The translations under genes and the position numbers were made by a program. The notes beneath the pieces are model-generated. The model was not told the DNA's origin and did not search any database. It was given only the letters and a program-made list of their open reading frames with translations. A DNA stretch of 16,795 bases, taken from Promethearchaeota archaeon. Lineage in GTDB: Archaea; Asgardarchaeota; Lokiarchaeia; Sigyniarchaeales; SOKP01. The stretch lies in the NCBI GenBank assembly GCA_004524535.1, contig SDNY01000077.1, forward strand, positions 1 through 16,795, read 5' to 3'. This document shows, in pieces, positions 8,745 through 16,795 of this stretch (within the stretch, counting starts at the first letter, position 1; every line of letters starts with the position of its first letter).

Positions 8745-11019
8745 ATATCCAAGCTCGTAAAAAATATCTTTTAAATTCAATTAAAATATTGTATAAACAT
8801 ATGATATGAGCTAAGTCAGCCAAATTTTTAAGCCTTAAAGAAGAAATATTTTCTAAATTAAGCTCTTCCAATCGCTTTTTCAAATGTACTAAGCGTCGAT
8901 GATATAATTCAAGCGCTTTATCTTTTATCTCCGTTCTTAATTCCGGATTGATAATAATAATTTCAGAATAATAATTAGCCCAAGTTTCCACGATATTTTG
9001 AAGTATGTAAAATTTTTTAAGAAATTTTCTGCGCTCTTCCTGATCTTTCATAAATACTTTAATTTTACTTGGGTCCATTTTCATTAATTCTTCATATTTT
9101 AATTCATAATAGAATTCCCAATTATAGAAATCTGTCAACTTCCGATTAAGAGCCCTATAGCTTATTTTTTGATTAAAAAACTTATTTATATAAAAAATTG
9201 AATGTTTACCCGAATTTAGATTACTATTTTTAAACAAATCAATTGTCATTTTATGAGCGTTTTCCAATTCTTCTTTTGTATCAGTTTCAAAATCTATTAG
9301 CATTAACTCATTTAATATATATCCATAATACATTTTTAAGGAGTATAATTTTATCCAATAATTATAAGATCCTTGAGTCCTATCTGTTGCCCATCTTTCT
9401 GAAAATCTTACAATAAAAGCAATATAAGGGAGTAAAGCATCTGGCCGAAGTAATCTTTCTAAATCATCCTTAGTTATATATGGGGGAACTTGGAAATATC
9501 GTAAATAATCTCCATTATTAAGGTTTTCCAATATCTTTTCTGATTTGCTTTCTTCCATTAAGTACTCGTAATCCTCGAATCCTTTAATGATCTCTCTATT
9601 TTTAGGCTCTGTTATTGGAATTGCAATTCTCCCACTACTTGGATGAAAAGAAAAGATACGATGAACTGATGCATTATTTGCACTTGTATCCAATAGAATG
9701 GCAATATCACTATTTTCAGCAAAGGGGCTGAGGATAAAAAGGTCTAAAACTCGAATAAGACCTAATTTAGATTGAATTTCCTCTTGAATTTTATCTCCTT
9801 CAAGAGTATATATCGTATATAAAAGAATGGCTTCCATTATTACTCTAAAGAATGTAAATTTGTTATGCAATAAAGATTTTAAATTGGTTGTAAGAGTTTT
9901 TTGAGCGGGAAGAAGATAAACTTGCCATTTATTTATGTATTTATATTGATCGCTGACACAATCAGGGGTTAATCTCCATAATAGATGCACTCCCCTTTTA
10001 CCAGAAAAAATAACTAATGGTTTTTTTAATCCAAACTTTTTGGCATTTTCTATGATTTCTCTTGTAAGAGTTAAAGTAAAAGACCATAATGTTTGTTCAT
10101 CAATAAGATCTCTGAGAAATTTGCTCATATCAATATCAATCAAGCAGGATACCATGTGATCTCTTAAAACAGATCGAACTCCGGGATAAAAAGCTAAGAT
10201 TTTATTTTCTCTTATAAATTTGATAAATTCTGCTTGGGTAGTAAATTTCGTATAGAGTTCATGAAAATTCACATAATTTCCTGAAATCATTTGCAATCGC
10301 CTTCTCTTTTGTGGCGCAGTATCTTCTTTTAAAATGTCGATAGTAATTTCAGTCTTAATTGGACAATCTTTTCCATAAGGGAAAAAATGAAGGTCTAATA
10401 TCTCTTTAACTAAAGGATGGCTATAAAAATTTAATACTTTTTCCATCTCATTAATCGTTATCATTGAAGGGTTGTCTACAAGTCTATACGGCGTCAAATA
10501 ATCTTGAAAGTATTGTTTCTGTTCTTGTTTGTCTTTGGAAACCTTGAAAATTATAATTTTTATTAGATTACAATAACCTAAAGACTTATCATTGAACTGA
10601 TTAATCAGTGTGAATATCGATTTTTCATTAAACACTTCAATATTTTTAATTTTTATCGAAATAATGAATTTTCGTAGCTGACTACTTAATTTTACTTTTA
10701 CATTTTCTTTAAATTTAGGAAATCTTGTAAATGATTGATTTAGATTTTTATCTAAAGCACCTTTTATTAATTTTCTTATCTTAACAAGAATTTCATTTTG
10801 CTGATGGCTTTTAATGATTCCTTTTTGACAAAACTCGTAAAAAACATCATTATTAACATCAGGAGGAACTATTTTTAAGATGATTTTAAGATTATATTTA
10901 TTAATATCACTTTCATTTAGAAGTTTAACTAATTTATCCTTAAGAAAATTAAAGTTATAGCCATAAATGAGCATATCCTTTATGATATAGCCCATATTTT
11001 CATCATTATATCTGGACAT
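8737..11019 (-). CDS. Large protein with a central archaeo-eukaryotic primase (AEP / Prim-Pol) catalytic domain
   Basis: Motif I hhDhD (CLIDID, 10129-10137), motif II SGKRGVH (9985-10005), motif III ILLD (9688-9690) followed by HRIFSFHPSSGRIAIPI. GGTGGT RBS upstream. Long uncharacterised N- and C-terminal extensions. Confidence 0.8.
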   Translation of the reverse strand: MSRYNDENMGYIIKDMLIYGYNFNFLKDKLVKLLNESDINKYNLKIILKIVPPDVNNDVFYEFCQKGIIKSHQQNEILVKIRKLIKGALDKNLNQSFTRFPKFKENVKVKLSSQLRKFIISIKIKNIEVFNEKSIFTLINQFNDKSLGYCNLIKIIIFKVSKDKQEQKQYFQDYLTPYRLVDNPSMITINEMEKVLNFYSHPLVKEILDLHFFPYGKDCPIKTEITIDILKEDTAPQKRRRLQMISGNYVNFHELYTKFTTQAEFIKFIRENKILAFYPGVRSVLRDHMVSCLIDIDMSKFLRDLIDEQTLWSFTLTLTREIIENAKKFGLKKPLVIFSGKRGVHLLWRLTPDCVSDQYKYINKWQVYLLPAQKTLTTNLKSLLHNKFTFFRVIMEAILLYTIYTLEGDKIQEEIQSKLGLIRVLDLFILSPFAENSDIAILLDTSANNASVHRIFSFHPSSGRIAIPITEPKNREIIKGFEDYEYLMEESKSEKILENLNNGDYLRYFQVPPYITKDDLERLLRPDALLPYIAFIVRFSERWATDRTQGSYNYWIKLYSLKMYYGYILNELMLIDFETDTKEELENAHKMTIDLFKNSNLNSGKHSIFYINKFFNQKISYRALNRKLTDFYNWEFYYELKYEELMKMDPSKIKVFMKDQEERRKFLKKFYILQNIVETWANYYSEIIIINPELRTEIKDKALELYHRRLVHLKKRLEELNLENISSLRLKNLADLAHIICLYNILIEFKRYFLRAWIYE

Positions 11020-11123
11020 TTAACCACCATTTACAAATCCCCCCTAATTATGAGTTCATTGAAATAGAATTTAAACTTTTGAAATTTCTAAATACTCATT
11101 AAATAGAGACAATAGCATGAGGA

Positions 11124-11813
11124 CTTATCGGCACGATTTATGATTTATTTGATTTGTAAATATAATCAAAATTTGATTTTTAAATATTTAAACTACGATT
11201 GAAAGAAAGGATCTAAATATTAAATTTTAAAATATAAAAATTTATAAGTCAATTTTTTCTTATAGGAGATAAGTGGGGTAAAAAATGAGTGATTGAAAAT
11301 TAGCTGGACTAAATAAAGTTTTTTACCCACTTATCAAAAATAAGATATAGCCATTCCAAAATGGCTTAAAGAATTGATATATAAAGATAAACCCCTCATG
11401 ATTTTATAGCCTATCATCTTAAAATAGCACTCTCTTTTCAATAAAAATACGATGCTTATCGGTCGAACTTTTTTAAAGATTAAAATATCAGATAAATCCA
11501 TATAGAAATTTATCTTTACAATATTTTCGTTATTTGCTTTAATATAAAAATACGTGGACTGTGCTGAATTTCAAAAAAATTTTTCCTTTAAATAAGTTTT
11601 CAGAAAATTTACTCTCTCAACCTAATTAAATATCAAAATTTATTTGAATTGAATGTGAAATTATATTTCACTTGGACTAAATAAAGAAAGATAAACTTAT
11701 AGAAATATAAGTGAATTTTCGAAAAAGCCCAGCAGGATACGGGAAGATTAAATTTTGGTAAATTAATTAGAATATTAATACCATATGGGGTAATACACTT
11801 GCTTATCGGACGA
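11124..11813. repeat. Dispersed direct and inverted repeats in the 880-bp divergent intergenic region
   Basis: CTTATCGG..CGA at 11124, 11455 and 11802; TGGACTAAATAAAG at 11305 and 11673; inverted pair GATAAGTGGGGTAAAAAA (11268-11285) / TTTTTTACCCACTTATC (11319-11335). Confidence 0.7.
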
Positions 11814-11899
11814 GAAAAGAAATTTCTTTTTTAAAATGGCAAAATATAATTATGAATAATTTTAAATCATAATTTTTTTCCTATGGAGATATAATTCTA

Positions 11900-13951
11900 A
11901 TGACGAATAAATTTATTCATAATAATTTAGAAGTATTTATAAATAAAATTTATACCGATACCGATATTGAGTTTTGGATTCACATTTTTGAGATGGAATA
12001 TTCTGGTGGATCTTGGTCTAGAGTACATCAGTATATTCAAGATTTTAACAAAAAAAAACATACAGATTATAAAATTCCTCCTTTTTACAATGGGATGATA
12101 CCAATAGTCCAGCGTTATTTTGAAACTAGGGGATTGGATTATGATAATTGGATAAGGAAATTTGGGAGACGTAAAGCAAGGGGACCACGAACAGACGAAG
12201 AAATTCTTGAGATGATTAATATTTATGAAGATCCAGATTTCGGGGGCTCTATTAATTGTGTTAGAGAATTTTTATTTGAAATTGAGGGGTATGTTTTAGG
12301 TGAAACTACGATAAGAAGAGATATTCAGAATTTCTTTGATGAGGGAAAATATTATCAATATAAGAAAATAGACCTCACTTATAAAGATTGGATAAAGAGA
12401 TATAAAAAGTCTTATATAAGAGAGTTGATGACTCCTGATAAAACGAATCAATCAAATGAATATATTATGGTCTATAATGCTATAAAAGATATTTTCAGAC
12501 GATATAAACTTGCGGACTTTAACAATTTGAATAATTATAATGATTTTTTAATATTTGGTATCCAAGAGGGGTATCAACCAATAAAGCTAGGAGTTAAATC
12601 TGTTATTGAGACACATTCTCAAAAAAGTATTGAACTCATTTGTACGCATGGCTCTATTATAATTGACTCAAATCAAACACTTTTTACTATTGACGATGAT
12701 TGCAACATTATAGAGATTCAAGGAAATATGATTAAAAAAGGCACTCCTTTATTGATACCACGATTATTAAATGTTAAAATTAATGATAACCCTCTAGACC
12801 TAGCTAATTGTGGGAGAAGATTTTTGAAAGATGGTATTGAATATATTGAACAATTTAATAAGACAGCTAAGAGATTCATCAGAAAGGACTTTTGGTTAGG
12901 TTTTATCTTAGGACAGTATGTTGCTGAAGGAACTATGGGCTCAAGATTGCGCCCCACAACAATCTTAACTTCTAGTACAGATTTAAATATAGCGGAAAAA
13001 GTAAAAACTTTAGCATTTCAATTGTTTGGATTAACATTCAATCTCAGAAAAACGAGAGTTAAAAAATGCAAAAGATGTGGGTTGCGAACACAAATTATTA
13101 ATGACGATGCTAATGAATGTTCCGAATGTGGTTCTATATATTACAGACAATATGCTGTGGCCACGAAAAAGCGAGTAGCTCAATGTATTTTCACAAGAGG
13201 GTTAGACTTAGAACCAGTTTATTCATATTTAAAGGAGATCCCTCCTATTATTTATAATGCTCCAATTGAATGTGTAAAAGGTTTTTTATTTGGATATTTT
13301 TTAGGAGATGGTTCTCGAAGAGATTATAGAGATAGAGGTAGAACATTTGATCTAAATTTTGAGACCAGTTCTCGGAGATTGATTTTTGGATTGAAGTTCT
13401 TATTAAAACGATTAGGTGTAATTTCAATTGTAAACAGACACGAACCACCACCTGATCGAGAGAATTCTAAAATTATGTATAGTCTAATTATACGAGGGTC
13501 CAGCAACTATGAAATTCTAAAGCAATTTTTAAGTTTCTTACCCGCTATTGATTATACTACGACTGATATTAAGACTTCCGCTAATACGCAAGAATTTATG
13601 AAAAAATTGAACGATGAACTCCAGAAGATTCACCAAATAACCTTAAGGAAATTGAGTAATGAAGGTATAATTCCCCCTAATGCAGCACATGTAGCAACTC
13701 AGATTCAGAGAAAAACAAATCTTTCTGAGATTTTACTTTTAAAAACTATTGAAGCACTAAGAAAGACAGGTTATATAACACCTATCGTGGAAAAAATGGA
13801 AGCGATTTTTAAGCATAATACATTTACTCATGTGAAAAAAATCAACCCCATCATTATTAGTGATGAGAAAGAACCTACTTACAATATTTCTGTGGGAGGA
13901 TATGCTTACTGTGTTGGAACTGCATATATATATATATCAAAAGCGGAGTAA
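11900..13951 (+). CDS. Intein-derived LAGLIDADG endonuclease-like protein with degenerate Hint domain, Zn-ribbon insert and duplicated N-terminal domain
   Basis: Block C LGFILGQYVAEG, block E FLFGYFLGDGS, block H TSSRRLIFGLKFLLKRLGV, Hint-like VKSVIETH...IELICTHGSIIIDSNQTLFT...IKKGTPLLIPR, block F-like TYNISV, and CKRC/CSEC. GGAG RBS upstream. Confidence 0.82.
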   Translation: MTNKFIHNNLEVFINKIYTDTDIEFWIHIFEMEYSGGSWSRVHQYIQDFNKKKHTDYKIPPFYNGMIPIVQRYFETRGLDYDNWIRKFGRRKARGPRTDEEILEMINIYEDPDFGGSINCVREFLFEIEGYVLGETTIRRDIQNFFDEGKYYQYKKIDLTYKDWIKRYKKSYIRELMTPDKTNQSNEYIMVYNAIKDIFRRYKLADFNNLNNYNDFLIFGIQEGYQPIKLGVKSVIETHSQKSIELICTHGSIIIDSNQTLFTIDDDCNIIEIQGNMIKKGTPLLIPRLLNVKINDNPLDLANCGRRFLKDGIEYIEQFNKTAKRFIRKDFWLGFILGQYVAEGTMGSRLRPTTILTSSTDLNIAEKVKTLAFQLFGLTFNLRKTRVKKCKRCGLRTQIINDDANECSECGSIYYRQYAVATKKRVAQCIFTRGLDLEPVYSYLKEIPPIIYNAPIECVKGFLFGYFLGDGSRRDYRDRGRTFDLNFETSSRRLIFGLKFLLKRLGVISIVNRHEPPPDRENSKIMYSLIIRGSSNYEILKQFLSFLPAIDYTTTDIKTSANTQEFMKKLNDELQKIHQITLRKLSNEGIIPPNAAHVATQIQRKTNLSEILLLKTIEALRKTGYITPIVEKMEAIFKHNTFTHVKKINPIIISDEKEPTYNISVGGYAYCVGTAYIYISKAE

Positions 13952-13952
13952 G

Positions 13953-13972
13953 AAAGACGAGAGAACGTCTTT
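13953..13972 (+). terminator. Hairpin immediately after the stop codon (possible terminator or 3' stability element)
   Basis: AAAGACG-AGAGAA-CGTCTTT, a perfect 7-bp stem starting at the second nucleotide after the TAA. Confidence 0.4.
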
Positions 13973-14299
13973 ATTTAGACCATTTTTGCAATAATCATTG
14001 GGGGAAACTCTTTTCTAACCGAAATAATGGAAGGGATAAATTTTATTGCTACTCTCCGAGTGATTAATTAAATTTACTATCTTTTATAATATTGATATTA
14101 ATTCCTTTGTTATTATAATTTAAGCAAATGTGATCTTTTTGTTTTTTTCTTTACATTCATTTCCTTGTTTGATAATAAAATTCTTAGACACAAGATCAAA
14201 AATTGATTGACATTTAGAATACAAAAAAAAATAAGGAATGGAGAATTAAAATATCAAAAAATAATTGGAGGAAACAAGTAAAAATATAGTTGATTAAGA

Positions 14300-16795
14300 A
14301 TGACAGAATATAATCCAAAAAAAATTGAAGTTAAATGGCAAAAAAGATGGGAGAAAGATAAAATATTTGAAGCGAAGAAAGATCCTAAAAAACCTAAATA
14401 TTATGTATTAGAAATGTATCCTTATCCATCTGGAAAACTTCATATGGGACATCTCAGAAATTATACTATTGGTGATTGTTTTGCGAGATATAAAAGAATG
14501 AGTGGTTTTAATGTTCTTTACCCCATGGGATATGATTCATTCGGGATGCCCGCTGAGAATGCGGCAATAGATCATGGTGCTAATCCTGAGGAGTGGACAG
14601 ATAAGAACATTGATACAATGAAAAATCAACAAAAGCGAATAGGACTCTCTTATGATTGGACACGGGAGATTTATAGTCATAATCCCGCTTATTATAAATG
14701 GGATCAATGGTTTTTCCTAAAGATGTTTGAAAAAGGGCTTGCATATAAGCAGGAAAGCTATGTAAATTGGTGCAATACATGTGCTACTGTATTAGCAAAC
14801 GAACAAGCTCAAGGTGGTAAATGTTGGCGCTGCAATAACGATGTAGAGCAGAAATTCTTAACTCAATGGTTTCTAAAAATTCGCGATTATGCTGAAGAAC
14901 TTTTAGATGGTTTAAATACGGTAGATTGGCCTGAAAAAGTGAAACTCATGCAGCGAAACTGGATTTCAAAATCGGAGGGTTCAATTATCAAATTTCCTAT
15001 AGTAGGTGAAAATAAGACTGTAGATATTTTTACAACTCGACCGGATACTCTTTATGGTGTGACTTTCATGATATATGCTCCTGAACATCCAGACGTTAGA
15101 AGTTGGGTTCAAGGAACTGAATATGAAGAAGAGTTTGAAAAATTATATCAAGAGGTAATGAAGGAGAACAAATTCGAGCGAACTGATATTGAAATTGAAA
15201 AAAAAGGAATGTTCATCGGGAAATATGCAATTAATCCTATAACAAATGAAGAGGTTCCTATATATATTGGTAATTTCGTTATTTATGAATATGGTGCTGG
15301 GGCAGTCATGGCAGTTCCCGCGCATGACCAACGGGATTTTGAATTCGCAAAAACATATGATATCCCCATAAAAATCGTGATCCAACCTCATGACTATGAA
15401 ATAAATGTTGATAAGATGGTGAGAGCCTATGAAGGAGATGGAATTTTAGTCAATTCGGAAGAATTTAATGGTATGGAGAATCGTAATGCAATAAACGCTA
15501 TAACAGAAAAGTTAGATAAAATAAAAAAAGGTTATTCTACAATTAATTATAAATTGAGAGATTGGGGTATTTCAAGACAGCGCTATTGGGGATGTCCAAT
15601 ACCAATTATATATTGTGATGATTGTGGGACCATTCCTGTTCCTTATAAAGATTTACCAGTATTTCTTCCTAAAGATGTAAAATTTACAGGTTCAGGTAAT
15701 CCCTTGGAGACCAGCGAAAGCTTTATAACTACCAAATGCCCGAAATGTGGGAAATCAGGAACACGAGAAACGGACACGATGGATACATTCATAGATAGCT
15801 CATGGTATTTTTTTGCATTCTGCGACCCACCTTCAATAGAGGGAGACATACCTTATAATAAAGATCTTATAAATTATTGGGGTAATGTAGACCAATATAT
15901 TGGAGGTATCGAACAGGTATTTACTATTCGTAGAACCTCGAAAACGCAGTAATGCATTTAATTTACGCAAGATTTTTTACTAAAATTGCGAGAGATTTAG
16001 GACTCCAGAAACACGATGAACCTTTCCAAAAGCTCTTGACTCAAGGAATGATTAACAAAGCTCATCCTTATTGCCCTCAATGTGATCGATTTGCGATGAA
16101 AGCTGAAATGAACGATGATATATGCAAATTATGCGGGACGAGATATATTTTAAAAAGTGTAAAAATGAGTAAAAGTTATGGTAATACTGTTGATCCTGGT
16201 GCCATTATAGATGCCTATGGTGCTGATGCAGCAAGATTTTTTATACTTTTTGGAGCGAGTCCTGCCTCTGGATTAGAATGGTCGGATGAAGGAGTTGGCT
16301 TTGCAAATAAGTTTATGAACAGAACTTATCAACTCTTTACTGACTCTATCGAAAGTTTTAGAAAAGAAAAGACCACCCGAGACGAGTTAATGGTTTTTCA
16401 TCTAAATAAAACAATAAAATTAGTCACAGAAGCATTAGAAAAAATTGCTATTAGAGAAGCTGTTAATAATATTATTCAATTTACCACAGAATTAAGCAAA
16501 TATAAAACTGAAGGAGTAATTGAAGAAATTTACCAAGAATGTTTAAAAAAATTAGCATTACTTTTACATCCTATCGTTCCTCACATAACTGAAGAAGTTT
16601 GGGAATTTATTGGTGAATTTAAAAATAAAGGTTATTTAAGCTTGGTCTCTTGGCCGTCCTACGATGAACAACTACTTACCCCAGAATCTGATTTTAAATG
16701 GAAGCTTATGAATAATATAATGGACGATATTAATAGCATTAAATTAGCTATGAAAAAAGAAATATTAGAAGATATTTCAATCATTATAGCTGAAG
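14300..16795 (+). CDS. leuS: Leucine--tRNA ligase, bacterial-type core; two exons (14300-15914 and 15944->16795), truncated by the window edge
   Basis: MYPYPSGKLHMGH (HIGH), CNTCATVLANEQ..CWRC, CP1 editing TTRPDT and GAVMAVPAHDQRD, RDWGISRQRYWG, DTMDTFIDSSWYF. After the 29-nt insert the frame continues AVMHLIYARFF, KMSKS (16162-16176), YGADAARFF and PIVPHITEEVW with no stop to the window end. Confidence 0.96.
15915..15943 (+). other. Candidate 29-nt bulge-helix-bulge (tRNA-splicing-endonuclease type) intron in leuS mRNA
   Basis: TCGA-AC^A-GGT...ACC-TCGA-AA^A: 4-bp central helix, two 3-nt bulges and an internal hairpin. Removal gives ATC GAA CAC GCA = I-E-H-A. Confidence 0.85.

Noticed and set aside
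11020-11899. CRISPR array or canonical archaeal ORB origin
   Set aside because: The repeats are short and hundreds of nt apart, not 25-40-nt repeats with spacers. There is no clear ORB consensus and no adjacent orc1/cdc6.
13924-13937. (AT)n microsatellite
   Set aside because: Short, and simply encodes Y-I-Y-I in AT-rich coding sequence.
11900-13951. Active intein within a host enzyme
   Set aside because: No block-B His, no terminal His-Asn and no C-extein; the N-terminal part is a tandem repeat rather than a recognisable extein.
12718-15849. Minus-strand short ORFs inside the LAGLIDADG gene and leuS
   Set aside because: Antisense shadows of long motif-bearing genes.
15917-15949. 33-nt GT...AG spliceosomal-type intron (ending at CGCAG)
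   Set aside because: Excision would give GAA CAG TAA, an immediate stop.
14300-15952. leuS as a truncated 550-aa protein, pseudogene or simple sequencing frameshift
   Set aside because: The downstream frame is fully open with KMSKS and the anticodon-binding domain. The break is a discrete 29-nt structured insert whose removal restores the conserved motif exactly, not a 1-nt indel.

Overview
Very AT-rich prokaryotic window. Gene content and style (TATA-box promoters, a CARF-wHTH regulator, a bulge-helix-bulge intron, intein-derived LAGLIDADG) suggest an archaeon, plausibly Asgard/Lokiarchaeia; the taxonomy is inference. Left to right: a type IIA (Ca2+-type) P-type ATPase; two decayed paralogous membrane-protein genes flanking a complete IS1634-like element (26-bp TIRs, 5-bp AAATT target duplication); a Csa3-like CARF-wHTH regulator divergent from an orphan ORF; a 760-aa archaeo-eukaryotic primase (AEP)-domain gene coupled to an orphan; an 880-bp repeat-rich intergenic region; a stand-alone protein built from two tandem N-terminal repeats plus an apparently splicing-dead intein with intact LAGLIDADG motifs; and a bacterial-type leucyl-tRNA synthetase running off the right end. 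The best finding is that the apparent leuS frameshift is a 29-nt insertion (15915-15943) folding into a bulge-helix-bulge motif. Cleavage at the canonical EndA positions exactly restores the conserved GGIEHAVMHL motif, so this is a candidate tRNA-type mRNA intron in an essential housekeeping gene.
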